Below, piece by piece: positions 1 through 13,300 of a stretch of DNA of 64,000 nucleotides. Made by a program: the position numbers and the translations under genes. Where the stretch lies: NCBI GenBank assembly GCA_031835245.2, contig JAVKOQ020000109.1, positions 62,001 to 126,000 on the forward strand, written 5' to 3'. Origin of the DNA: Balamuthia mandrillaris (taxonomy: Eukaryota). Position 1 is the stretch's first letter, and every line of letters starts with the position of its first letter. The notes under the pieces are model-generated. The model searched no databases. It was given only the letters and a program-made list of their open reading frames with translations, and was not told where the DNA came from.

Positions 1-399
1 CATGTTTTGCGATGGCTTCACCGTCGCCATCAACAGCAAGAAGGAGAAAAGGACGCATGGAAGGACGCGTGCATTTGCAGAGATGCCGCAAAAAGCGGGA
101 AACTGGAAGTTCTTCAATGGCTCAAGAAGAAAGGCTGCCCTTGGGACGCAGCCGTTTGCTCCGTGGCCGCTGAGTACGGCCACTTGAAGGTGCTGCAATG
201 GGCGAGAGCCAACGGATGCCCCTGGAGCGAGGATGCTTGTGCTGCTGCTGCGCTGTATGGTCGGTTGCACATGCTGAAGTGGCTGAGGAAGAACGGATGC
301 CCTTGGGATGATAGAACGGTTGCGGTGGCACGTACAGCAGGCTTTCAAGAAATCGTGGAGTGGGCCTTGGCAAACGGATGCCCCGAGCAGATAACATAA
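1..399 (+). CDS. GCPW-type ankyrin-like repeat protein, 5' end outside window
   Basis: Frame is open from base 1. Repeats such as GCPWDAAVCSVAAEYGHLKVLQWARAN; no intron in the visible part; stop at 397-399. Confidence 0.85.
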   Translation, partial: HVLRWLHRRHQQQEGEKDAWKDACICRDAAKSGKLEVLQWLKKKGCPWDAAVCSVAAEYGHLKVLQWARANGCPWSEDACAAAALYGRLHMLKWLRKNGCPWDDRTVAVARTAGFQEIVEWALANGCPEQIT

Positions 400-759
400 G
401 GCCCCTAAGGAGAGCAGACCGGAGCAAAAAAATGAAATGACGTGTATATTCTCATTTAAAGTAAAAAACAAATGAATCTTTACCAATTAAAGGTTCCGAT
501 TATTTTGTCGACAGACGAAAGAGAGGACCGAAAGTGTCGCTTTCCGCGTTTTTTCTTTTTTCCTTCAGTTTTGGCGGGCAGGAGAGAGAGGGGAAAACGG
601 TAGCGGATCATACGCGCGGATTGGGTCGAGTGAGCGAGTAGCGAACCCTTTTTTTTTGTGGCAAGCGGCAACCCTTTTCTTGTTCCTTCTGATTCGTTTC
701 CTCGTTATTTTTTTTTTCGCTCTCTTGTTGTTTTCCGGATCGAACATACAAACAAAAGG

Positions 760-3352
760 ATGGGAGATAACAACCAATCCAAGCACATCACATTCGGGAA
801 GTACCTCGGTCATAATGGTATGTAGGGATGAGAGAGGATTAGACCTTCACGTAGTGTGAGCTTTTTTATTATTATTTTTCTTCTCCTTTTATTTTCCGCT
901 AATGGAACGTAAACATGAAGATCCAAAGATTCGTAACAGAGGAGTCCGCGTGGTGAAGAGATGGTTGGCAAAGCAAGATAACATCTCGGAACTGGATTGC
1001 AAGAAGCTCTGGCGAGGCCTCTTCTTTTGTACTTTTTTTTTGTCGCTTTCTTCCTTCTTTCTGCTTCCTTCTCACTACCGTTTGTTTTATTGCTCTTCTC
1101 GCTTTCTTTTTCATCAAAGGCATGTGGCACTCCGACAAGCCCAAAATCCAACAAGAGGTCGCGGAGACACTGGCAAGTTTTGTGCACATCATTCCCCCAA
1201 ACAAGGCCCTTCTTTACGTTAAAGTTTTCTTTTGGACCATGCAGCGTGAGTGGCACTCCATCGATCGTTTACGTTTAGGTAAAGCGTACCTCTTTCTGTT
1301 GTTCGTTGTTTAAAGAAAGCTAATGTTTTTCTTTCTAGACAAGTTCTACTCTCTCGTACGAAAGGTCGTGTTTCACGCGTTCAAATGGCTGCAAGCCCGC
1401 GAATGGGCGGAGTCCCTTGTTAGGGAGTTTGCAGCCATCGCCTCCCAGCTGGCTCTTTGTCCACTGAACATAGGCAAGGTGGAGGATGTGCCCGTGAATG
1501 CTGGCATCACGCTTCATGTTACTGAGGTCTACTTGCCTGAGCTTCGAAAATTATTGAAAGAGTGTCCGCCTGAACAACGAGTACCATCCTTTATTCCTCC
1601 TCTTCTCTCTCTCGTGTTGTATCTTATGATTTTTGCTTTTCATGAATTAGCATCTACCACAAAGAGTATTCACGTTGCTATTGACTCCTTTCATCAACAT
1701 TGTGACGCTAGCACGGGACAAGCCTATTCTTTCACGAACCAAAGAACATGTTTTCGATGTTATCAAATCGGAGGTTTCCAAGGCCGTCGAGAACGATGGT
1801 AAAGGCGACGAGGAGGAAGCAGAAGAGGAAAAGGAACCCGTCGATGACATATTTTTGGATTTGGATTTTAACGGCTTGGCTCAAATTCTGTTCCAATTGG
1901 CTTCTTCTAGGTCCCTTCTTTCTCCTGTTTTCCTTCATCAACCATCATTAACTTTAAAAAAAACACAACAGAGATACACCAGATTCTAACCGAAATCACT
2001 TGTACCGTCTGAAAAACGTGTTTTTGGAATTGGACAAACAAACTAAATCTCTGCGTCCTTCTGTCGCTGCTAACGGTCAAAAAGAAGAGGACGAGAACGA
2101 GAACGAGGATGAGGACGAGAACGAGAACGAGGACGAGGTTGAGGAAGAAATGGAAAATGGTGACGAGGAAGAAGAGGAAAACGAGGAGGAGGAACAGGAA
2201 GGAGTTTCTTCGAGCGATAAGATCATTGAAGGAGTTGTGGGAACCATCGTTGGCGAGATTTTAAAGATGGCGGCTGGTATGTCTAAAGACAAAGATCCCA
2301 AAGCCAACATCGGAGTGAACGAGATCAAAGCCGCCATGAAGGAACTCTATGAAGCCAGTCAAGCTTTAGAAGAAAAAGATGACGATGACGATGACGATGA
2401 CGATGCAGAAGAACAACGTGAAGAAGAAAATGAAGATGAAGAACAAGATGACGCAAATGAAAAACAGATGGAAGAAGATGATGGCAGTGAAGAAGACGAT
2501 GATGACGATGATGATGACGATGAATTAGATATGTTTGATGAATACGTAGAAGAAGAACTTGGCAAAGACGGTCGTTGGAAGAAAGGCGGACGCATCGAAG
2601 AACGAGTGGAGGAAGTGCTGCAGGCCATCGTCGGGGAAATATTAGGCATGGCCGGCGAGATTGCCCATCTCAAGGATCCATCGAAGTCCAATACCATCGC
2701 GGAGGATGACATCAGAGAGGCAATGGCTGGAATTTATGAGGCGAGCCAAGAAATAGAGGAACTGTCTGAAGAGGATGAAGATGCAAATGAACATGAACAT
2801 GAAGAAGATGAGGAAGAAGCAGAACATGAAGAAGATGAGGAAGAAGAGGAAGAGGAAGAAATAGAGCGGCAAAAACCGGAAAAGAAGAACAATAAGGGTA
2901 AGAAACGAAGACGATCTTTGATGGAAGCGTTGGAAGAAGAAGAAGAAAATGGAAAACAAGAAGGCGAGGAGGGCAACTCTCTTGCGTTCAATTTTCACAA
3001 AAAGAGTGATAGTGCCAACGCAACGAAGACCGCCACTTTAACTTCTACCGCAACCACTACCAACAATGGCATGGAAGACGCTTCTCAAAGCAACAAGAAG
3101 AAACGGAGAAGGAAGAAAAAGAATCAAACGGCAAACAACCCAACAACCACCGCGACATTGCCGTTACCTGCATTGCCCCAACCGCGAACAGAAGGCATGG
3201 CATCTGCTTCATCTCCCGAAAAATCCAACGAAGCAAATGGAAACCACGCTGCGACGAGGCCGCCCACTCCGTTTCCGCAGCTCACCAAAGCACAACAGAA
3301 AAGGTCCGTCCGGTTCGCACTCAAAGCCAACATGCGACAAGGTTTGTTCTTT

Positions 3353-3406
<54 letters not shown>

Positions 3407-3733
3407 GACATATTCTCTTTAGAGTTTCGTAAAACGGACATTATTGGTTGCAGCCCCGTTCCTTCTCCGGACAAAAGGCCGCTGTTCGGCATCTTGAAAT
3501 CCTCCGGGGAAGCCCTTTCCGCGACAGCATCATCTCCTCTTTCCCGTCAAACCACTCAGAACACCAAAAACAAAAACAAAAAACAGCAAACGAGGAACTC
3601 CTTGCCTTCTTCTTCTCTGCCCGTTCTCAACGGCAGCGGCGGCGGCAAGAAAGGACAGAAAGGCAAGAAAAGGAAAGGAGCGTCCGCTTCCTCTTCCCCT
3701 TCGAGTCGTCCTTCCGCGTCGGATTTTTTCTAA
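760..3733 (+). CDS. RRP1: RRP1/Nop52 family nucleolar pre-rRNA processing protein (RRP1B-like), multi-exon
   Basis: Spliced MGDNNQSKHITFGKYLGHN|DPKIRNRG...KKLWRGLFFC|MWHSDKPKIQQE...QREWHSIDRLRL|DKFYSLVR is the Nop52 domain (intron 1 at 818-920). Long acidic linker follows; C-terminus SRPSASDFF resembles the RRP1B end. Confidence 0.9.
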
Positions 3734-4336
3734 ACTCGCAACGTTACCACACATCAAAAAAAAAAAAAACAAAAAGAAAAGAAAAGAAAAATAAAAGAAA
3801 AGAATGAAGCCTTGTGTTTTGCGGTTCGGAATTTTTTCTTTTTTATCTGAATCTTCGTGTTGTGATCAATAACAGGAATTCCGTTGGCCAATCACAGACA
3901 GGCCTGTCAGTCCGTGAAAACAAATGAGATTTCTCGTGTTGGCGAATTATTCTCCTTTAAAGGGGAAGAGAAAGGCACAGAAATTTCATCGTAATTAATG
4001 AAGCGGTCACTCGCCGCAACGGCTGGCGTGCGCTATTCCTTTTTTTTTTTGCCGGTTGCTGTCACGTCTATTATTTCTTTTTTTTATTTCATTTCATTTT
4101 TCTTGTTGTTTGCACTACACACACACACGCACACTACTGTTGCTAGTGACACTACCGCGTTTTCTCCCTCTCTCTCTCTCCCACGCACACAGAGGAGCGC
4201 GCTACTTTTTTTTTTGAAAAAAAAACTGTCCCTTTGTGGTACCTTATTTTCCCTTTATGTTCTTGTTGTTGCTCCTCTCTTCCTGCTGTCACTCTTGGCC
4301 TCTCTTCTTTTTACTCTCGCCCTTTCTCCCTTTCTC

Positions 4337-4373
<37 letters not shown>

Positions 4374-4534
4374 GTTTCGATTTCTCGGTGCTTTCCTCTC
4401 CTCTCTTCTCCCTTTTTTCTTCTTCTCTAGTTTTTTGTTTCTGTATATTTATATTTGCTTGGATTTGCCTCACTCTTTTTCTCCTTTCTAACCAACTTGT
4501 GGTCTTTCGTGCTACAGAAAGAGACCCGACAACA

Positions 4535-7500
4535 ATGAGTGACGCCAAGACAGAACAGCAGGTCGCCGAAACCACCGATGAACAGGTGGAGGTGAAGAAA
4601 GAGGAGGAAGTGCCCAAGAAAGAAAAAGTGGAAGACAAGGCTGAGAAGGAGTCGGACGCTTCTTCTTCCTCTGACGAATCTGACGCTGCAGAGGAAAAGA
4701 AGGAAGAGGAAAAGAAAGAAGAGGAAAAGAAAGAAGAGGAAAAGAAGGAAGAAGAAAAGAAAGAAGAGGAAGACGCTTCTTCCTCTTCTGAGGAAGAAGA
4801 GGAAAAGGACGGAGGCGCCAAGAAGGAGTCTTCCGCTGAAGAAGAGGAGAAAGAAGAAAAGCAAAAGAAGGAAAAAGGCAAAGCAAAAGACACAGGAAAG
4901 GAGAAAGGTAAAGACAAGGCCAAGGAGCAACCTCAAAAGGGCAAAGGCAAAGAAAAGGCTGACAAAGGTAAAGATAAGAGCGAAGGAGCCGCTGCCCCCG
5001 CTATCAAGACCTCCGCCAAGTACAGCGCCCCTGTGGCTGGCTACAAACATCCGCTCGTCAAGAACCAGAGTGCTGTCTTTGATGAGGGGGAGGGCATCCG
5101 CCGCAATGCAGGTTTGCCAAAGGACACCGAGGCGCTTCCTTCCGAGTATTTGGAGGGCATTGACACTCTTTACAAGAACTTCCAGTACGCTTATACATTC
5201 TTTTTTTCCATCAATGATATTTGATTTTAATTTTAATATTTGTTTTAAAGGAACTCTGTACTTCGATTCCCTAACAATCCTTGCCTCGGCACGCGTGAAT
5301 ACGGTACCTCTCTTTCTTCTATCTTTTTCCTTCCATTCTTTTTGGTCAAGTTAATATTAACTATTTTATCGCTAAAACCGTATAATCCTTTTTCCGTCTT
5401 TTTCTTTTATTTCAAAAAAACAAAGTAAAGAGAAAGGGAGAATGGAGCTACGGCCGTTACGTGTGGCAGACCTACCAGCAGATCGCGGACAGGGTAACTC
5501 ACTTTGGTTCCGGCTTGCGCCACCTCGGCCTCAAGAAAGGAGACAAGGTTGGCCTGTGGTCCAAGAACAGGGAAGAGTGGATCTTGGCCGAACAGGCCTG
5601 CAACGCTTATGGCCTGGTCACCGTTGCTATCTATGACACGTTTGGTGAAGAAGCCGTTTCTTATGTCATCGAACACGCTGAGATCTCTACTGTTGTTTGC
5701 GCTCCTGAGAGTCTTCGAACGGTACTACTGCAACCACCTTTTTTAGTTTTTGTATTAGTCACTCATCCTCTCTTGCTCTCCCTCAAACAGCTTTCCAAAG
5801 TGATCAAAGACTGCCCCAATTTGAAGCATGTCATCGTGATGGATGACCTCATCAAACGCGCCAAGAAGGAAGAGGACACTACCATCTCCTCCAACGACCT
5901 CCAACACGCCAAGGCCATTCGCTGGGGCGAGGTCGAGGAGAACGGCAAGAAGAACATCGTAGAGCACGACCCTCCCGAGCCCGAAGACTTAGCCGTCCTG
6001 ATGTACACTAGCGGCACCACCGGCAACCCCAAGGGAGTCATGTTAATCCACAACAACTTCACCGCAGCTTTGGCTGGTACCATGCCTCTTATCGACCACG
6101 TCCGATCCAACGACGTCTACATTAGCTATCTTCCTCTGGCTCACATCTTTGAGAGGACCTGCGTGGCAGGCATGTTGGGCAACGGTGCCGCCGTTGGTTT
6201 CTACACGGGTGACCCCAGGAACCTTGTCGGTGATATCGAGTGGCTGAGACCCACCTTGATGGCCGGTGTGCCGCGCGTCTTTGACAGGATCTACCAAAAG
6301 GTCAACGAGCAAGTACAGAAGGGAGGCAAGCTCAAGAGAATGCTCTTCACCAGGGGCTACAACGCCAAGCGCCACAAGCTCGAGAGCGGTGGCAACTCCG
6401 TCTTTTGGAACACCCTCGTGTTCTCCAAGACCAAGAACAGGCTGGGCGGTCGCGTGAGGTTGATCGTCTCTGGAGGTGCTCCCTTGGGCGCAGCCACTCA
6501 AGAGTTCATCAAGATCTGTTTCTGCTGTCCTGTGCTGCAGGGCTATGGCCTCACCGAGACTTGCAGCGCTGGCTGCGTGACCAACGCCAAGGACAACGCC
6601 TTGGGACAAGTCGGTCCCCCAGTGTTGGGTGTGGAGATCAAGTTAGTGGAAGTACCCGAGATGGAGTACTCTCCCAAGAACGATCCTCCTTCTGGCGAGA
6701 TCTGGATTCGCGGCCCTCCCGTGTCGAAGGGATATTACAAGGATCCGGCTAAGACGGCGGAGGACTTTGACGATGACGGATGGTTCCATACGGGAGATAT
6801 TGGCTGCTGGACCAAAGAAGGCACGCTGCGCATCATCGACCGAAAGAAGAACATTTTCAAGCTGGCTATCGGCGAGTACGTTGCTGCGGAGAAGCTTGAG
6901 ACTGTTTTCATTCGCAGCCAGTACGTCAGCCAGATCTTTGTCTACGGCGACAGCTTCGAGAGCTCTCTTGTGGCGGTGGTCGTGGTGGATCCCAACACCC
7001 TCAAAGAGCTGGCCAAGCAGAAGGACATCAAGTACGATGACGAAAGCGAGCTTCCCTCCAACAAGGAGATTCGCAAGACTCTCGTCAAGGACCTTGATGA
7101 GATCGCCAAGCTCAACAAGCTGCAACGCTTTGAGTACATCAAGGCCGTCCACATCGTCACTGAGGAGTGGACCCCTGAAGGAGGTCTTGTTACTCCTACA
7201 TTGAAGCCCAAGCGTCCCCAATTGAAGAAGGCTTACGACGCGGAGATCAAGCAGATGTATCAGGAGATCGCCGAGGCTGCTGAGGCTGGTGAAGGAGCCC
7301 CTGCAGCCAGTAAGGATGCTGGCTCTTCCTCTGCGGAGGCAGCTAAGGAGGAAGGAAAGGGCAAGGGCAAGGGCAAGAAGCAAGAGGAGAAGAAGAACAA
7401 GAAGGAGGAGAAGAACAAGAAGGGAGAGGAGAAGAAGGTGGAGGAAAAGAAGGTAGAAGAGAAGAAGGTTGAAGAGAAGGAAGAGAGCAGCAGCAGCGAG

Positions 7501-7665
7501 GAGGAAGTGAAGGAAGAGGTGAAAGAAGTGAAGAAGGAAAAAGAGGCTAAGAAGGAAGAAGAAAGCAGCAGCGAGGAGGAAGAGGCGAAGGATGAAGAGA
7601 AGAAAGAAGAGGAAAAGGCGGAAGAGGCCGAAAGCAGCAGCTCCGAAAGTGAAGCTGACGAATAA
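4535..7665 (+). CDS. ACSL: Long-chain fatty acyl-CoA synthetase with Glu/Lys-rich N- and C-terminal tails
   Basis: AMP-binding motifs YTSGTTGNPKGV, YLPLAHIFE, GYGLTE, GWFHTGDIG, IIDRKKNIFKL. Short introns near 5186, 5303 and 5722; probable 5'UTR intron 4239-4517. Confidence 0.95.
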
Positions 7666-7741
7666 GCACCAAAAACCTTTATCACACCACAATCTTTATT
7701 CCTTTGTGTTCTTTATTTTCAATTCAAACAAGCAACAAATA

Positions 7742-10304
7742 TTATTCTCTCTTTGCAACAAAGCTGTGTTGGCTTTCCTTCTTCTTTTCCAACCGCTTCT
7801 TCTTGTGCTCCTTCTCGTTGAGGTATTTCGGTATCTTGGTCTTGTGGATGGTGAAGACCTTCACCACCGCCTCCTTCCCCGCCTCCAACGCCATTTCTTG
7901 GGCCGTTTTGCACTTGGGGTTGCGTTGATCGCTGTCGGTGGAGTAGATGGCGAGGCTATCCCTTGTGCCCATTTCGAGGAGCTTGATGACTATGTCGGCG
8001 TGTCCTCCGTACGCCGCAAAGTGGAGTGCTTTCCACATAAACAAGTTACACTTGTTCACATTCGCCTCTTTACAAGAAAGAAAAAGCAAAGTTTAAAAAG
8101 CGGAAAATGAAGAAAGTAAAAGAGGAAAGAAAGGACGAACCAGCTTCCAACAGTTTGTTGACCACTTCCATGTGTCCCTGCAACGCCGCAATCATCAGCG
8201 CCGTATTCATGTTCTCCGTGCTCAAATCCACCTCCGCGCCGCCTGCCAACAATATCTCCACCGATGCGGTATGCCCGTAGTAGGCGGCGATCATCAGCGG
8301 GGTGCCCTCCTTTTGAATGGTGTTGTGGATGTCGTATTTGGGATTGTACTTCTCTCGGTCAAAGTGTACGACATACATGTCCTCGTGGAAGACCGGTTGG
8401 GTGTTCTCTTTGCGAGCCCGGATACGGGCGTTCTTGCGGTGGTTGACATCACAGCCGGCTTCAACGAGGAGAGCAACGATCTCGCTGCCGGCTCCTTTGG
8501 TGCCTCGTTTGACGGCGATTTCGAGTGGAGTCTTTCCTCCTCCGGAGGAAGAAGAAGTAGCAGAGGAAGAAGAAGCAGATAATAAGGAGGAAGTGGACAA
8601 GGTGGAAGAGGAGGAGGACGAAGAGGTTTCGGCGTGAACATCGGCGCCACCTTCAATGAGAAGTCGCACAATGTCGGCGTAGCTTCGTCGAATGGCAATG
8701 ATAAGAGGACTCTCCCATCCTTTCTTTTCTTTTTCTGTTGTTTGTTTTTGTATTTTAAAGATAAATGAGAGAGGGAGGGAGAAAGAGATTAAAAGACAAA
8801 GAAGTACAAACCCTTAGATCGTAACTTTGTGTCTATGATAAGAGGAGAATCAGGTGGAGTTGTTGGTATTGGTGATCTAGGAGAAGGTGGGGAAGAGTTT
8901 GAAGGAGAGCCAAGCGGCGTAGCTGATGGTGACGTATTAAGCTTCAACGGCGCGATTGTTGTAGTCATTGTTAATGCCTGAAGATTGCTTTGAGTGGGTG
9001 CTGGAGCCGTTGTAGTTGTCGTTGTGGTTGTTGATATGGGCACGGTTGATGGCAAAGATGAGGAAGAAAGAATAGGGGTCGAAGAACCTGAAGAGGCAGC
9101 AGTGACTGAGAGAGCTGGATTGATTGAAGCAGAAGCGGAAGAAGAATGACTTGGAGCTGCAACATTGGTTGCCAGAGAAGTCGAGTGATGAGCAGAAAAC
9201 GTGAGATCTTCGTGAGAGGAGAAAGGAGATACTCTAGGCGAGCTTTCAGTGGAAGAAGAACCGCCAGAAGAGGAAAGATTTGGCATCGAGGAGGATCCAC
9301 CACTGCTCCCTAAAGCAGCTAATGAAGGAACTATAAAAGTATTTGAAGAGGCAGAAGTTGCCGTAGTACTTGAAGAAGTTGAAGGAGAAGGAGAAAGTAA
9401 AGAGGGAGCAGAACAAGAGTTGAGTTGGTTGTGAATGCGCTGAATGGAAATGTTTTGTGGATTGTTGGTGGAAGGAGGAGATGACGTTTTCGTGGATAGA
9501 AAAGAAGAAAAAGAAGGGGATGAAGAAGGTACAGAGGATGATGAAGCTGGAGAAGAAATGGAAACAGGCCCAGAAGTATGAAGAGAAGAATGAAGAGCAT
9601 GCCGAGCATGGGGTTGAGGAGACGATTGAGCACTGCTATTGTTTGATTCCTCTTCTTTGATGCCAAGTGATCCTTTGGTGGTGTTGCTGTTGGTGGATTT
9701 TTTCGCTTTGCTCTTTTTTTTTGTTTTAGTGGCTGACTTTAGCTTATCTTTATCTTTTTCCTTTTCTTTCTCCTTTTCTTTCTCCTTCTCCAATGCTTCT
9801 TTGTCAGGAAGCATTACCGGCTTGGACACTCCTATTCCCCATTTCAACATCGCCAGCGCGATTTCCTTTCAATAACAGTCAGAAATTAAAGAAAACGAAA
9901 CAGGAGGAAAACGCAAGGAAGTAGAAGAAGAGAGATAACATACCTTATGTCCTTTATAAAGAGCAAGACACAAGTAATCCTGGGTGCTCTCCAACCGCTT
10001 CCTAAGGGGAGGGTACGTCTCCCCTAAATGAAGAAAAGTGGGAAGATCGTTCTCGCGAATGCTTCTCTCCAAAAAGTACATCAACCGTTCCAACAAGCTT
10101 TGCACCAATCTCGTTATGCTTACCACGTTCTCTGCCACGAGAGTGTAAAGACTTTCGATCTCCCTGACACTGCATTTGTGCAATAAGTTTCTGCAGAGAT
10201 AGTCTTCCGCTCTGCGCAGAAGATAGGAAATGCCGAATTGATTTGCACAGAGTAGAAGCTCAACTGCATTCCCTGCATTTACTTCCAACTGTGGCAATGT
10301 TAGC

Positions 10305-10344
<40 letters not shown>

Positions 10345-13300
10345 GAAGGAAAAAGGGAGAAGGAAGAAAGGAACGCACTTGATCGGTGTAGAAATATTCT
10401 ATAATGTCGTTGAACATGCGCGGCGTTTCCACAAAAATGTTGATGCACGCCTCTGGAGCTGATTCTAGCATTTCAGACTCAAACATACGCCGAAAGTATT
10501 CTGATTTCTGTCACCACCGAAAAGGAATTTTGGGTGAGTAAAAACAGAGACGAAGATGAAAAGAGAAGAGGACCTCTTTGAGAACAACTGAGCAAATGCG
10601 AAATTCGGTAAAGACTTCGCCGTCACTGCTATTACGTATGCGTAGCAAACGGTCACCAAGCTCTCTTACAGCTGCTTTGGAGATAATGCGCAGTTGCTTG
10701 TTGCTGTCTTTGTGCATGCAAACCAGCAGCTTAAGTATGGCGGAGCGATTGATGACGCATTTGCGATGGTTCAAGTAATGCAAACGACGAATGGCCCAAT
10801 CTAATGCTTGATATCTAATTATGTTCAAACACAACAATGATGTGAATAAGAAGGTAGTGAGGAGGAGGAGGATGCTGAAGTAGAGAAAGAATACCTGTAA
10901 CGAAAAGCAGACAAGACACGATGCTCACGCACGACTTTGTACAAGATGCGGATGATGGGGGCATCATAGCGAGCAGGAATATCTGCAGGAATCTGTGCTA
11001 ATGCAGCGCTTGTCTCCAAAACTTGATCATCAGGAAGAAAACGAAGAGCGCAGAGCAACATGGACAAAGCGGGAAGACAGGCAGAATCCTCTTTGAGGGA
11101 GTTGGCTAATGCTTGAACAGACTCCACGTAATCTCCTTTCCACAAGAAGTACTCTCCCAAGTCGAAATAGAGTTGATTCTTGAGAAGACCACGCAAAGAT
11201 TTGTTGGAAGGAAGACCAAGTTCTCGTAAAACAGCCGCAGAAGTTCGATTTTGTCCGGTCTTTGTGTGAACAGAAGAAGTATTACTAAGAGATGGTGGAA
11301 GGTGGTGGGGAGGAGGCGGGTGAGTGTCCAGATCAGCGAATTCCAATACATCTATGCAACGTTGGTACAGTTGTAAAATGTCGTCGTGGTAGTTTACAGC
11401 AGCATATATCTTACGAGTGGCACGAGCTGTCCATCGTCTGACATCGTTGGACGCCAACAAGTAGGAAGAGAAGAAAGCAGAGGAGGAAGATGGAGAGGAA
11501 GGAGGAGAGTGCAACAAGGCGGGGCGATTGAAGAAAGAGCCGGAAGGAGAGGCAGGAGGGGAAGAGGAGGAGGAAGAAGAAACGATGTTGCTATTACTGG
11601 GAGAAGAAGAAGGAGAAGAAATAGAAGATGTCTTTGGCGCAGGTACGTTGGATTGAAGAGAGTAGGACTGAAGCCAAGAGATAAGAGCAGTGGGTGGAGC
11701 AGAGGGAATCGGAGGCGTCAACTTCACTTTGGGAGGTCGTGAAGTGAAACTTAGAGAAGAAATGGAAGTGGAGGAAAGAAGAGAAGGTCTCATGGAAGAA
11801 GAAGATGATGATGAAGAAGGAGCTGGCGGTTTGCTGTTGAGACGAGATAGAATAGAGCTACTGCTATCAAGAGGAGAGGGTGATGAGAGTTTGGAGAGGA
11901 GGCTATTAGCATGGTTCGCAGGATTCTTGTTTGGTTTTTCTTTCTCGTCCTCTGTTTCTTTTTTGTCTTCGCTGCGTTGCTCTTCAGCGTTTTCGTCAGA
12001 GGATGAATGATCGCTTTCGTCTTCGCTTGATTCAACACCGCTGCTGTTACTGGCAATGCCCCTTCTCTTTAGTCGCTTTTTCTTCGTGTTGTGCTGTACA
12101 TTTTTTTCTTTGGAGGTGCCTTCCTCTATTTGCTCATCGTCTTCTTCGCTTGCATCGTCCTCTTCTTCGTCTTCTCTTTCTTCTACTTCCTCCTCGTCAT
12201 TCTCTTCTTCTGGTCCTTGCTCGACCGTTTCTTTGCGGTGTCGATACTTGGCCACATTGTTTGTTGCACGTCTTACTTTCTTTGCTCTTCCTCCTCTTCC
12301 ACCTCTTTTTCCTTTCTCTTTGTGCTGCTGCGTTTGTTGAAGTGAAGTTGTTTGTTCTTTGGGTTTGAAGCGTCGCTTTAAAATAGTTTCCGGGGAGACA
12401 CTGAGTAATGGATCGAGGTGCATGCTCCGTTCATAAAGAATGTGCTTCAGGAGATAAAGCTCTTCCAAGTGACGCTGTAAAATACGAATCGCCGCATTAT
12501 CGCTGATGCCTCTCACTTCGGTGACAAGTCGTAGCAATTCTGTACAATCCAAAAAGTGAATGCGATTCCTTATTTCCTCTTCTTCATTCTTGTTGGTGAA
12601 AGGAGAGAAGGAAGAAGAGGAAGAAAGAGGTTCTAGAATCTCGTCCGCATCCTCGGAATGGCGCACCTGCCACTCTTCAGATGGTATCTGCCATGTTAAG
12701 CGACTACCTTCCGTTGATGAGGAATATGATTGAGCAGCTCTTTCTTCCGTTCTCTCAGAGTCTCTACCATCAATGTTTGCATTAAGAGACTTGCTATTGC
12801 TGGAATCTGCGCGTGGGCCAAAGGCGGTTTGATCGATGTTCAGTGGCTTTATCTTTTGCTTTGTTTGTTTTGCTTTCTTGTGTCGCTCATTCTCTGTCTC
12901 CTCCTCATCATCTTCATCTGCGTGTTTGATGTCAGTATTGTTATTGTTGAGGTCTTGTTGCTGCAGTTGTTGTAACTGACGTTTAAACTCTGGGTCTATT
13001 TCGATGTTCATTTCCATCGCTTTGACCAATGCTTTCTCTCTTTCCTTATCTCTTTGACGGTTGCGTTCCTCTTCTTTGTGTTGCGCTTGCTCCTTTTGTT
13101 GTTGCTCCTCTGCCTTTTGTTGCTGCTGTCTGCGCTGTCTGCGTTGGTGTTGTTGTTGCTCTTCTTCTGTAGTTTCGCCTTCGTCGTGGTCCCCCTCCTC
13201 TTCTTCCTCTATCATCAAATCGTGTTCTTCTTCCGACTCCTTTTTGTTATTGCTGTTGTGACGAGCAAAAGGCTTGGTCTTTGGGGTAGTTACAGAATTA

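Noticed and set aside
3998..4534. Hydrophobic N-terminal extension of the acyl-CoA synthetase ORF
   Set aside because: It is translation of a T/C-rich 5'UTR and probable intron (4239-4517); the real start is likely 4535.
6643..7692. Long antisense ORFs (also 4255-4923, 13274-13987, 18301-19461, 24899-25741)
   Set aside because: They are shadows of low-complexity or codon-biased sense genes and have no independent motifs.
11090..11460. Resemblance of QLYFDLGEYF to Integrator subunit 8
   Set aside because: Only a short generic TPR-like match from memory; other INTS8 features are not seen.
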